From the NCBI GenBank assembly GCA_963733035.1, contig CAVTBU010000005.1, positions 544,001 through 608,000 of the forward strand: a stretch of 64,000 nt of DNA, in the 5' to 3' direction. The notes beneath the pieces were generated by a model. The model was not told where the DNA came from, ran no database searches, and saw only the letters and a program-made list of their open reading frames with translations. The position numbers and the translations under genes are program-made. This document shows positions 52,343-61,918 of the stretch, one piece after another. Source of the stretch: Pirellulales bacterium (GTDB lineage: Bacteria; Planctomycetota; Planctomycetia; Pirellulales; PALSA-1355). Numbering within the stretch: the stretch's first letter is position 1; each line of letters starts with the position of its first letter.

Positions 52343-52913
52343 TGCCTTGGTTCAGATTCGGCGATTCATTCGAGAATTGCTTGTGAGAATCGATGGTGGT
52401 GAAGAGAACGATCTGCCTTCCCGTTGTAGATTCAAAATGCGCCGGAATGCCGGCGTTGACGGGAACCGTTTGGGACTCGGTACGGACTGGCCGCGGTGCG
52501 CGGAAGGTATTGATGCCGGCGACAGATTTGACCGACGCGTTTGGACTTTGCGAAACCAGAGATGGCCCCGGAGAGAGACCACCCACTGGCGCGGCAAACG
52601 CACGAGGTGAACGGCGGGCTGCATGTCTATGCCCGGATCGTGCCGATGTTAACGACCATGACTTAGGATCGGCATTTTCCGGTTACGCCGGCGGTATTCC
52701 GGGAAATCCTCCGATGACCGTCACAGTCGTCAAAGTCCTCCAGCCCTCACTGACAAGACCGGACGAAGTCTCGAAGTCTGCCGCTTGCGGCCCTGCTGGC
52801 CGCCAAGATAATGCCGCGGCTGCATGCTCTGCCAGCATGCACAGCTGGGAATTGATGCGTCACTGCGGAGCCGTAGTGACCCAAAGGTCGGCTGGAGACT
52901 GTCCGAGAACGCG

Positions 52914-52950
52914 AGCGTGCGGGTTGCTTGAGCGCCTGCACGCTTTTTTA
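52914..52950. terminator. Hairpin terminator downstream of the Pro-rich gene
   Basis: AGCGTGCGGG..CCTGCACGCT with a T-run on the + side. Confidence 0.45.
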
Positions 52951-52952
52951 CT

Positions 52953-53333
52953 TCAACGGCCAAACCAAAACGAGAACGACGGCGCAATAACCGGGCGCGG
53001 CGCGACCATCACCGGGGCGGGCACAACGACAGGTGCCGGTGCATAGGCGACGGGCGCGGGAGCCGGCGCGGGGCCGGGAACGGCGGTGGGCGGCGCGGCA
53101 ACTGCAGGCGCCGGAGCAACGACCGGAGCCGGATAGTAGTACGTCGGCGCCACGTAGTATGCCGGTGCGTAGTAGGGTCGATAGGCGGGCCCCCAGCCCG
53201 CCCCTCCAAAGAAGAACGAACCGCGCCAACCTCCACCGCCATAGTGCCCGTGGCCGTGCCCACCCGCCAGAACGCTTGTCGCAACCAACAGCACGGCCGT
53301 AGCGGTCAATACCTTGAGTACTGGGGCCTTCAT
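52953..53333 (-). CDS. Small secreted Gly/His- and Pro/Tyr-rich protein
   Basis: GGAG RBS, signal peptide, GGHGHGHYGGG, YYAPAYYVAP repeats. Confidence 0.7.
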   Translation of the reverse strand: MKAPVLKVLTATAVLLVATSVLAGGHGHGHYGGGGWRGSFFFGGAGWGPAYRPYYAPAYYVAPTYYYPAPVVAPAPAVAAPPTAVPGPAPAPAPVAYAPAPVVVPAPVMVAPRPVIAPSFSFWFGR

Positions 53334-53671
53334 TGTCGGGTTCTCCGGAAACGCGAGCGTTCGCAAACGCTCTAGGGTGGTCGCCACTTTATTTATCGCT
53401 GTCCACCCGCCGTGAACTTTGGTGGGCCTGCGCCGCGGGCCGATTGGGAGGGTGAGTGTCGTCAGCGATAGCTCGCTTGGGACGGGAAGCTGGCGGCAAT
53501 GTGTCATCGCAATGACACTCCCCCGCGTGTCACTCCGGACACGAATCGTCCCAGCCACACGGCCGGCGGCAAGCACGTTCGCTTTTAACGCCGACGTTTG
53601 ATACTCGAACCGCTCATCGACGAGCAAGATCAGTTCGGTCGCGGCGAGATTTCGGGACGGCGGGGGACAGT

Positions 53672-54385
53672 TCAGGCCATCTGTCGCACGACATCCAGCA
53701 CGGTCGTGTACAACATTAGTGCCAGCAGCAACAGCATGCCCACGACTGCCATGCCGGTATGCAACCGGGCGAGCTTCGGATGGATCTTTTCCAGCAATGC
53801 GCAGAATATCTTGCCGCCGTCCAACGGAGCGATCGGCAGCAGATTGAACACCGCCAGGTTGAGGTTAAGCAGCACGGCGAAACGAATCGTACTGAGCATC
53901 CCGTCGCTCATCACCTGCTTGCCGGCCGACACGATGCCCACCACGCCCGAGAGCTTGTCGGGTTCGAGAAACAACATCGGAATCACGGCCAGCAATTGAC
54001 CGGTCAGACCCGCTACCTGAATCCACGGCTCGACGAGCGCACCGCGTAAGCTGAAGCCGTCGATCATCCAACTGGCCACAGCCAGCAGCACCGCGGCCGA
54101 GACGAAATTCGCCGCAGGTCCGCCCAGCCAAAATACAATTCGTTTCCGAACGGGAATTGCGAAAAACGCCGCCTCGTCCTCGATCTGCGGCATCACGTAG
54201 CCGCCCAAGGGTACTGCCGACAGACAATATTCCACACCGCGAAATCGACGCCTCCAGAGCACCGGCCCAAAGCCAATCGAAAACCGCTCGACCGGAATCC
54301 CCATCGCCTGGGCCGCCAACAGGTGCCCCAACTCGTGTACGAAGATTAACAGCCCGATCAAACCAATCGTCAACAGATAAGTCAT
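53672..54385 (-). CDS. Site-2 protease (M50, RseP-like, no PDZ)
   Basis: HELGH, FSIGFGP, PLGGYV, GGPAANF, NLLPIAPLDGG. Confidence 0.9.
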   Translation of the reverse strand: MTYLLTIGLIGLLIFVHELGHLLAAQAMGIPVERFSIGFGPVLWRRRFRGVEYCLSAVPLGGYVMPQIEDEAAFFAIPVRKRIVFWLGGPAANFVSAAVLLAVASWMIDGFSLRGALVEPWIQVAGLTGQLLAVIPMLFLEPDKLSGVVGIVSAGKQVMSDGMLSTIRFAVLLNLNLAVFNLLPIAPLDGGKIFCALLEKIHPKLARLHTGMAVVGMLLLLALMLYTTVLDVVRQMA

Positions 54386-54429
54386 GCCGATTTCCGTTAC
54401 TGAATGCCTGTATAAGCCGGGTCGCCAAT

Positions 54430-54465
54430 AGTTCGCCCTGTCCCGATAATTCGCTCTGCCCCGAT
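54430..54465. repeat. 18-bp tandem direct repeat upstream of the M50 gene
   Basis: AGTTCGCCCTGTCCCGAT / AATTCGCTCTGCCCCGAT (15/18 identical). Confidence 0.6.
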
Positions 54466-54511
54466 CATAATTGGAAACCACCGGCCAGAAAAGAAGGCCC
54501 GAACTTCCACG

Positions 54512-54904
54512 CTAGTCACCCTTAAACAGCAGTGCCTTCGGCAGCCGCGTCACCCGTCCCTCGCGGTTGATGCAGGCCAGCACGCTTTCTCCCTCGGCCA
54601 GCAGCTCCTCGCCGCGAAAGACTTCATACTTGTTGACGCAGCGGGCGCCGCGAGCCTCGACCAGCGTCGTTCGCAGCCGCAGCAAGTCGTCGTAACTGGC
54701 CGGCAGGTAGTACTTGCAAGTAATTTCCGAAACCACGAGCATCCAGCCTTCCTCTTCGATACGGCGATATTCATAGCCCGCGGCGCGCAGCAGCTCGGTC
54801 CGTCCCATCTCGAAATAGGTCAGGTAGTTGGCGTGATGCAGCCGCCCCTGGGCGTCGGTTTCCTGGTACCGCACGCGAATGTCGATTTCATGCTCGTAAA
54901 GCAT
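54512..54904 (-). CDS. Acyl-CoA thioesterase (4HBT/YbgC family)
   Basis: RVRYQETDAQGRLHHANYLTYFEMGRTE. Confidence 0.9.
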   Translation of the reverse strand: MLYEHEIDIRVRYQETDAQGRLHHANYLTYFEMGRTELLRAAGYEYRRIEEEGWMLVVSEITCKYYLPASYDDLLRLRTTLVEARGARCVNKYEVFRGEELLAEGESVLACINREGRVTRLPKALLFKGD

Positions 54905-55019
54905 GGCCCGATCGTAGCGGGAAACCGGTCGTCTTGGAAACACCAAGCCGCGGGGCCGGAAATCGCCAAGTTCTACTCACGCTGCTACAATATGGGGGAT
55001 CCTGTTTGCGAGGTTCCCC

Positions 55020-55775
55020 ATGCTGAACCTAACCCGCACCGATCCGCTGGCAGTCGCTGCCACCGAGGCCATCCAATCGGGCGATCAGGAAACGCTGCGC
55101 GAATTGCTCAACGAGCATCCCGAGCTAGCGACCGCGCGAATCGCATCGCCCGACGCGTGTGCCAGCGATGTCTCACGCACGCTATTGCACGTCGCCACCG
55201 ACTGGCCCGGGCACTTTCCCGGCGGCGCGCAAACCGTGGCGGCACTTGTAGCGGCTGGCGCTGACGTGAATGCCCCGTGTACCGGCCGACATACCGAAAC
55301 GCCCCTACACTGGGCGGCCAGTTGCGACGACGTGGCCGTGCTCGACGCGTTGCTCGATTTTGGCGCTGACATCGAAGCCTCCGGTGCGGTCATTGGCGGA
55401 GGCACGCCGCTGGCCGATGCCGTGGCGTTCGGTCAGTGGAAAACCGCCCGGCGACTGGTTGAACGCGGCGCCAAGGCCAACCTCTGGCAGGCTGCCGCGC
55501 TCGGCTTGATGGATCGTGTGGAGCAATTCTTCGCCGACGGCCATCCGCCCACCGCCGACGAAATCACGCAGGCTTTTTGGCTCGCCTGCCACGGCCGTCA
55601 GCGGCCGGCGGCCGAGTATCTGCTGGCCCGCGGCGCGAATCTCAATTGGGTTGGCTATGACGGACTGACGCCTCTCGATGCGGCCCTGCGCAGCAAGGCC
55701 GACGCGCTCACGGGTTGGCTTGTCGGGCTGGGGGCAATCTCGGCCAATCCACCCGCCACCGACAAGGACGAGTAA
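55020..55775 (+). CDS. Ankyrin repeat protein
   Basis: TLLHVA, GADVNA, ETPLHWAA, GTPLADA, LTPLDAA. Confidence 0.9.
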   Translation: MLNLTRTDPLAVAATEAIQSGDQETLRELLNEHPELATARIASPDACASDVSRTLLHVATDWPGHFPGGAQTVAALVAAGADVNAPCTGRHTETPLHWAASCDDVAVLDALLDFGADIEASGAVIGGGTPLADAVAFGQWKTARRLVERGAKANLWQAAALGLMDRVEQFFADGHPPTADEITQAFWLACHGRQRPAAEYLLARGANLNWVGYDGLTPLDAALRSKADALTGWLVGLGAISANPPATDKDE

Positions 55776-55894
55776 CGGCTCCCGCGTTTGCTGACGCGCG
55801 GGCAAGTGAGTATGATCACGCTTGTCACGGTATGTGAACCTCCGCAAACTCCAGACCGCCGCGTCGCGCCATCCTTCCGCGAAACGCATGATCC

Positions 55895-57028
55895 ATGAGA
55901 ATCTTGATCCAGGGTGCCGGAATCGCCGGTCTCGCACTCGCACGGGAGCTACAGGCACGCGGAATTGACTACCTGATCGTCGAGAAAGCAACGGCCATTG
56001 CCGCCGTCGGCGCCGGAATCACCTTGGCCAGCAATGCCCTCAAGTGCCTCAGCAGCACCATCGACTTGAAGTCGCTCAGGGCGAAAGGCCAAACGCTCGA
56101 GTTGATGCAGTTGCGGTCCGACTCGGGGGAAACGCTTTCCACGCTTCCAACCAAGTTGCCGCGGGATGACCGCCACGGAATTGCGATTCATCGCTACCGA
56201 CTCCATGAAACGTTGCTCGAAGGACTCGATTCAGCAAAGATTCTGCTCGGCGTTTCCATCCAGAATTTCCACGGCGACCATCAGCGCGTGCACGCCGTCC
56301 TTTCCAATGGCGAATCGGTCGAGGTCGACTATCTGGTGGGGGCCGATGGTCTGAAGTCGGCCATACGAAGCTACGTCGATCCGGACGCCACGATCGTATT
56401 CTCGGGCTACACGTGCTGGCGAACCGTGGTCGCACACACCCTTGCGAGTCCAACGCAGGCGGTTGAAGCCTGGGGCCGCGGCAAGCGGTTGGGCTACCTG
56501 CAAATCGCGCCTGGCGAACTCTACATTTACCTCACGCTGAATGTATCAAAACGCGAATACGCGAGCGGTCAGACGCAACGCACACACGCGGAATTGCGAA
56601 CCATCTTTAGCGACTTTCAGGCCGAATCGGCCTCCGTGGTGCAACTTCTCACCGACGACGTGCCGCTGATCCACAACGACCTCGAGGAAATCGACTGTCA
56701 CCGGTGGACCAAAGACCGCGTCGTGCTGATCGGCGATGCCGCGCACGCCATGACCCCCAACCTGGGACAAGGAGCCGCCATGGGAATCGAAGACGCCTAC
56801 ACGCTGGCCAACTTTTGGTCGCAAGACGCGAGTCCCTCGTCGCTCGAGCGGTTCGTCGAGGCCCGTCGCCCGCGCATCCGCTTCATGCAAAACGAATCCC
56901 GCCGAACCGGCCGCATCGGCCAGTGGAGTTCCCCACCGGCCGTCTGGCTCCGGCAAGCCGTCGTCAAGAACCTCCCGCAATTCGTGCACGACCGCCTGCA
57001 CCAAAGAATCTTTGCCGGCGTCGCCTGA
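55895..57028 (+). CDS. FAD-dependent monooxygenase (group A)
   Basis: GAGIAG, VGADG, IGDAAHAMTPNLGQGAAMGIEDA. Confidence 0.92.
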   Translation: MRILIQGAGIAGLALARELQARGIDYLIVEKATAIAAVGAGITLASNALKCLSSTIDLKSLRAKGQTLELMQLRSDSGETLSTLPTKLPRDDRHGIAIHRYRLHETLLEGLDSAKILLGVSIQNFHGDHQRVHAVLSNGESVEVDYLVGADGLKSAIRSYVDPDATIVFSGYTCWRTVVAHTLASPTQAVEAWGRGKRLGYLQIAPGELYIYLTLNVSKREYASGQTQRTHAELRTIFSDFQAESASVVQLLTDDVPLIHNDLEEIDCHRWTKDRVVLIGDAAHAMTPNLGQGAAMGIEDAYTLANFWSQDASPSSLERFVEARRPRIRFMQNESRRTGRIGQWSSPPAVWLRQAVVKNLPQFVHDRLHQRIFAGVA

Positions 57029-57244
57029 TCAAGGTGCCAAACCGTTTGGCCGCATAACCTGCATTTGCAAATCAGTTCCGCCATCGGCGGGCCAGATTCC
57101 TATCCAATGCCCGTGGGAGCACCGTCGCCTCCCGTTCGCTTGGACGGAGAGACGCAGCCGCCGAGCCGCCTCATGCTCGCAGCCCAAACAGCATTCATCA
57201 TCGGCACCGAACGTCCGTGGCAGCGCACTGTGCGATCCACTGGG

Positions 57245-57781
57245 ATGAATTGGTTGGCAATGCTCCTGGCGATTGCAGCCGGACTAATCACCCCTGGGTG
57301 TGCCGAGCCGCAATCCAAGACCGAATCCGCCTTGGGTGGCAAGCGTGTTCTCGACACCATCAAGCATGCCGATCGGATTGAAGCATATCGACTACGGCCC
57401 CAGTTTGTTGACGATAGCGCGCATCTCCTGGAAGAAGATGATCGCGAGCGAACCAAGGCAAGTGACTACGAGGTAGTTGGCGACGCCGTCGACGTCCCCG
57501 ACGACATTGCAAAACGGTTTGCCGCGATTCTCGATGCTCCCGAGTCGTACCTTTGGGATATGGCATCTGGCTGCGTACCCGACTACGGTGTCCGCCTGTC
57601 ATTCGTCCGCGACAGCGAACGTGTTGACGTGTTGTTTTGCCTCGAGTGCGATCTTCTCTCGGTCTTTCGCAATGACCGTGCACGCGGAGGAGCCGACTTT
57701 AGTCCGGCGCATGGCCGGCTGGTGGCGGAATTCAAAAAACTGTTTCCCGACGACAGGGCAATCCAGGGCCTGTCCCCATGA
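57245..57781 (+). CDS. Hypothetical lipoprotein
   Basis: Hydrophobic leader ending TPGC; SGCVP..LFCLEC Cys motif. Confidence 0.6.
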   Translation: MNWLAMLLAIAAGLITPGCAEPQSKTESALGGKRVLDTIKHADRIEAYRLRPQFVDDSAHLLEEDDRERTKASDYEVVGDAVDVPDDIAKRFAAILDAPESYLWDMASGCVPDYGVRLSFVRDSERVDVLFCLECDLLSVFRNDRARGGADFSPAHGRLVAEFKKLFPDDRAIQGLSP

Positions 57782-57805
57782 GTCGCCCGGCACCAAGGCG
57801 AATCG

Positions 57806-57834
57806 TTGACGCTTGCTCCCCAATTCCCTATAAA
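57806..57834 (+). promoter_or_regulatory. Sigma70-type promoter
   Basis: TTGACG-N17-TATAAA upstream of the ACT-domain gene. Confidence 0.6.
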
Positions 57835-57930
57835 TAGGCGGTTTACGCTGCGACCACCCGGCGTCGGAAGCCTCCGCTTCCGCACCGCGCAGGCTCCGCA
57901 ACTTCGCTTGGATCCATCCGCGAGTCTTTG

Positions 57931-58422
57931 ATGAGCGTTGGGGAAGGAACCGGAACCGGGTTCTCGACGATGCGGGGGCGCAACTATCCCTCGATTCGGC
58001 AGTTCACCGTGTTCATGGAGAACCGCGTCGGCCAGTTGCTCGAAGTGATCCGCCGCTTCGAGGGAAGCCGCGTGCGGATCGTTGCCCTCTCGATCAACGA
58101 TTCGGCCGAATGCGCGTTCGTGCGATTTTTGCTCAGCCATCCCGAACAGGGGCGCGAGGTCCTGGAACGTGCCGGCCTGGCCCTGATCGAAAGCGATCTG
58201 ATCGGCGTCGAACTGCCCGAGGGGAACCAGCCACTCTTGCAGGTTTGCACCGCCCTGTTGCAGGCCGAGGTAAATATCATTCAGGCCTACCCGCTGATTC
58301 TGCGGCCGCGCGGCAGGCCCGCCGTGGCCCTGATGGTCGACAATATCGAAATGGGCCTGGAAACCCTCGACCGCAAGGGCTTCAGCATGATTACCGAAGC
58401 CGATCTGTCCGAAATCGAGTAG
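57931..58422 (+). CDS. Tandem ACT domain protein
   Basis: QFTVFMENRVGQL, AEVNIIQAYP. Confidence 0.8.
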   Translation: MSVGEGTGTGFSTMRGRNYPSIRQFTVFMENRVGQLLEVIRRFEGSRVRIVALSINDSAECAFVRFLLSHPEQGREVLERAGLALIESDLIGVELPEGNQPLLQVCTALLQAEVNIIQAYPLILRPRGRPAVALMVDNIEMGLETLDRKGFSMITEADLSEIE

Positions 58423-58552
58423 GCAGCTGCGGCGCGGCCGGCGTTTGCCCGAGAAACAGCTCGCAATTCAGCAATTCCCGCATCAAACGTACGTTCATCG
58501 CAGAGGACTTGGCGGCACGCGGAGACTTCAATTTGCTGGTTTTCTCCGCGTC

Positions 58553-58580
58553 CCGCCGGGCCCTCGGCGGTTCCTTTTCT
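58553..58580 (+). terminator. Possible intrinsic terminator
   Basis: CCGCCGG-GCCC-TCGGCGG followed by TTCCTTTTCT. Confidence 0.4.
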
Positions 58581-58689
58581 CCAGGCGGACCTTCACGCCG
58601 GCCCCCGGTCCCCTTTCCAAGGCCTCGTGGCTAGAATTAAAGTTCGCAGCAGATCTGCTATTTCGCCACCCGCGTTCCCGAGTCGTCGT

Positions 58690-59400
58690 ATGCCGATTTC
58701 CGTCGTTTGCCCAGGCTGCAAGGCACGCTTCAACGTCAGCGAAAAGTTCGCTGGCAAGCAGGGACCCTGCCCCAAATGCAAAAAGGTCATCACCGTCCCA
58801 GATGCGCCGGCCGAAGAAGTCACGATTCATGCCCCCGAGGAATACTCTTCCGGCGGCAAGGACAGCAAAGGCCGCCCGGTTCTCAAACCGATCGCGCGAA
58901 CCGAGACCAAGCTTTCACCGACAATGATCGTGGCGATTGTCGGCAGCGCGGCGCTCACGCTCGTCGTCGCGTTCATGATGCGGATGGCACCGGCCGATAA
59001 CAAGCCGCTCATCGCGGCCGTTGGCTTGCTCTTGATCGGTCCGCCCTTGGCATTTGCCGGCTATACGTTTCTCCGCGACGACGAGTTGGAACCCTATCGC
59101 GGGCGGGCGCTTTACCTGCGGGTGGCGCTGTGCGGATTGGGATATGCCCTGTTGTGGGCAGTCTATTGGCCGCTGCCCACCTATGGCATCATCACCGGCG
59201 AAGTCTGGCAGTGGGTCTTCGTGATTCCGGTGTTCGTCGCCGCGGGAGCCGGCATCTCGTTTGCCACGCTCGATTTGGACTTCGGCAGCGCGGCCATGCA
59301 CTACTGTTTCTTTCTCGTGGTGTCGATCCTGCTGCGGTTTGCCATCGGCATGCCGGCACTCTGGGAACAAGCCGGTTCGGCAGCCCCCGTACCTTTCTAA
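58690..59400 (+). CDS. Zinc-ribbon + 5-TM membrane protein
   Basis: CPGC..CPKC N-terminus followed by TM helices. Confidence 0.8.
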   Translation: MPISVVCPGCKARFNVSEKFAGKQGPCPKCKKVITVPDAPAEEVTIHAPEEYSSGGKDSKGRPVLKPIARTETKLSPTMIVAIVGSAALTLVVAFMMRMAPADNKPLIAAVGLLLIGPPLAFAGYTFLRDDELEPYRGRALYLRVALCGLGYALLWAVYWPLPTYGIITGEVWQWVFVIPVFVAAGAGISFATLDLDFGSAAMHYCFFLVVSILLRFAIGMPALWEQAGSAAPVPF

Positions 59401-59421
59401 CGGAGTTCGATACCCACGCCA

Positions 59422-60753
59422 ATGAGCGAAATTCGCGAGCTGCCGGAAGTCGCGGGCCTGGACGGCGCCCAGGCAATGTTGCGGATCCCCGCGGAAATCG
59501 ACGTGCCGCTCACGCCGCGCGTGCGGGCGATTATCGACACGGCCGAATTCCGTCGCCTGCAGCGGATCAGCCAGTTGGGACTGGTGTCACTCGTCTATCC
59601 GGCCGCCATCCACACGCGATTCGAACATTCGCTGGGCGTCTATCGCTTGGCGCTGCTGTTTCTGCGGCAGTTGTCGTACGAACCACGATTTGCCAAAGTC
59701 GTCACGGCCCCGGACGCCGAGTTATTTATTGTCGCGGCGTTGCTTCACGATCTGGGACATTGGCCGTTTTGTCACCCGATCGAGGATATTCGCCTGCCAA
59801 GCGTGCCCCAACACGAGCTGTTCGCCAACAGTTTCCTGCTCGAAGGCGAAATCGCTGATGCCCTGCGCGATGACTGGGGGATTCAACCGCGCGACGTCGT
59901 GGCTTTGCTCTCAGGCAAGCCGCGCGATACCAAGAGTCGCCTGCTCTCCAGCATGCTCTCGGGCCCGATCGATATCGACAAAATGGACTACTTGTTCCGC
60001 GACAGCCTGCACGCGGGGGTCCCCTACGGCCGCAATTTCGACCAGGGCCGTTTGATTGGCAGCCTGTGCCCGAACGCTCAAGCGAGCGGCCTGGCGATTA
60101 CTGAAAAGGGGAAGACCGCCGCCGAGATGATGGTCTTCGCCCGCTACGTCATGTTCAGCGAGGTGTACTGGCACCACGGCGTCCGGGCTGCCACGGCCAT
60201 GCTGCAGCGGGCCTTTTATCTGATGCATGGACAGCTCGATCTCGACGGACTGTTTCGTCTGACCGAGGGACCGATGATCGAGCAGCTGACGAAGATCGGC
60301 GGTGACGGCGCGGCTGGCGATTTGCTACAAGGCTTGTTCGGCCCCCATCGTCGGCTCTACAAGCGGTTGGCCCAATTTGGCGTAAACGACGCCTCCGGCA
60401 TCTTCGAGCAACTCGCCCGCCGACCCTATCCCTGGCTGGCCGCCTGTGCTCAACAATTCGCCCACCAGGCCAGCACGGCGCTGGGCCGCGTCGTCGCCCC
60501 GCACGAAATCCTCTTCGACGCTCCACCCGTTGAGCGCGAGGTCGACTTCAACATCGACGTCTACTTCCCGAAGGAAGACGCCTATCGCCCGCTCGGCGAA
60601 ATCTCCCCCGTCGTTCGCGCCCTCGGCACGCAGTTCGACGACTATGTCAAACGCGTCCGCGTTTTCGCGCACCGGCGTGTCGTCGACGACCTGCAACAAC
60701 TACCGCAACTCAGCGAGCTGCTCGAGGAAGCCATCGAGAAAACCGGCGATTGA
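59422..60753 (+). CDS. HD-domain phosphohydrolase (SAMHD1/dNTP triphosphohydrolase-like)
   Basis: FRRLQRISQLG, HTRFEHSLG, LHDLGH.PFCH, DIDKMDYL.RD, VYWH. Confidence 0.9.
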   Translation: MSEIRELPEVAGLDGAQAMLRIPAEIDVPLTPRVRAIIDTAEFRRLQRISQLGLVSLVYPAAIHTRFEHSLGVYRLALLFLRQLSYEPRFAKVVTAPDAELFIVAALLHDLGHWPFCHPIEDIRLPSVPQHELFANSFLLEGEIADALRDDWGIQPRDVVALLSGKPRDTKSRLLSSMLSGPIDIDKMDYLFRDSLHAGVPYGRNFDQGRLIGSLCPNAQASGLAITEKGKTAAEMMVFARYVMFSEVYWHHGVRAATAMLQRAFYLMHGQLDLDGLFRLTEGPMIEQLTKIGGDGAAGDLLQGLFGPHRRLYKRLAQFGVNDASGIFEQLARRPYPWLAACAQQFAHQASTALGRVVAPHEILFDAPPVEREVDFNIDVYFPKEDAYRPLGEISPVVRALGTQFDDYVKRVRVFAHRRVVDDLQQLPQLSELLEEAIEKTGD

Positions 60754-60849
60754 ACGACAGAATCGTCGAACTTCCGTTACTGCGTGCTGGTGAATCCTCG
60801 ACCAAAAAAGGGTTCTTGAAATCGGGCCAGCACCTGGTGCACAATCGCG

Positions 60850-61280
60850 AGCAGTCCGGTGGCCTGCATGGCAATCGGGGATGTGAATCCTGGGGCGTTA
60901 GGATCGGCTTGTCTGAGCCCCGGCGCAAGCGGCACGTGATTTCCGTGAACAACGTTTCGCGGCCGCTTATGTCCTCGACCCACGCTCCTCCGATCACTGG
61001 CGCGAGCTCGAGATAGCGCTCGGTGTGGGAGGTCGTGCCGCGGGAGCTTTGCCCAAGTCTCAGGCGTGTCCCGATCGGCGGGAACGGCGTACGGTTGGAA
61101 ACGACCGCCTGAGCAAAAACGGGTGGCCGTTCCGCGTGCCGCTGTTCTCGGTCGATGGTCGAGGAGTGGTCAACTAACCCTTAACAAGCGTTTCAGAGTC
61201 CAATCCCGGCTCAACCGGGCCAGCGGCACCATTTTTATTGCTTCGCCAGCGCGCCGCTGCGCGCTAGGGGTGCCAGCTGT
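60850..61280 (+). ncRNA. Candidate structured non-coding RNA (unassigned)
   Basis: Nested helices 60972-61165 with G-U pairs and a GAAA tetraloop favouring the + strand; no convincing ORF; boundaries approximate. Confidence 0.35.
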
Positions 61281-61396
61281 CTACGTCGTCGGTGATTTCG
61301 CTCCCCTCAATGGCTCCCGCGCCCTGCAGCCCCGCAAATTCGATCGCGCGTAAAATGAGAAGATACATTCCACCGGTCAGCCGTTGAGTCGAAATC

Positions 61397-61865
61397 ATGG
61401 GTGAACCCAAAGGCTATTTTCTGTACGTCAACATGCCCGCCTCTCAGGTACGACGGAGGCTAAGGGGTTTTGGGCACGGCGTGCGCAAGATTCAAAGTGG
61501 CGGGCGCAAACGGGCCGTGGTGATCCACACGGCGACCGGGCGAAACTTCGAACAGCTTGCGGCTAAATTCGCCGACGTCGGCTGTTCAAACGCCGACGAC
61601 CACCTCCGAGAACCGATCGACAACCTGTTCGGCCTCGGCCCCGCGGATGCCCGCTATTTGCATGCCGTGGGCATGCGTACGATCGGCGATTTGAAGGCCG
61701 CCGGTCCGGTGTTGGCCTTTCAGCTCGTGCGGACCGCCTGGCCCGAAGCCAGCGAAAATCTGTTGTGGACCCTGGCCGCCGGCCTGCAAGAACGCGACTG
61801 GCGGCAAGCTGCCGGAGGGGGAAAAACAACGCCTTAGGAATCAGCTGGCGACGTTGTTGCGTTAA
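61397..61865 (+). CDS. TfoX C-terminal-domain protein; frameshift ~61806
   Basis: NLFGLGP..LHAVG..LKAAGPV..NLLWTLAAGL..DWR; the natural end KLPEGEKQRLRNQLATLLR* is in the next frame. Confidence 0.75.
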
Positions 61866-61918
61866 ACATCGAGAGCCACGACTTGATGCCCGTGGGGGCT
61901 GGCAACACGGAACGGGGC

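Noticed and set aside
52749..52780. CTGACAAGAC..GTCTCGAAG resembles a hammerhead ribozyme core
   Set aside because: Lacks the required CUGAnGA and GAAA, and stems I/III were not found
60876..60900. GGGGATGT start suggesting tmRNA
   Set aside because: No following TCGAC motif and no tRNA-like 3' end
61174..61185. CTAACCCTTAAC resembles a telomerase RNA template
   Set aside because: Single imperfect 12-mer; no reverse transcriptase or product repeats in the window
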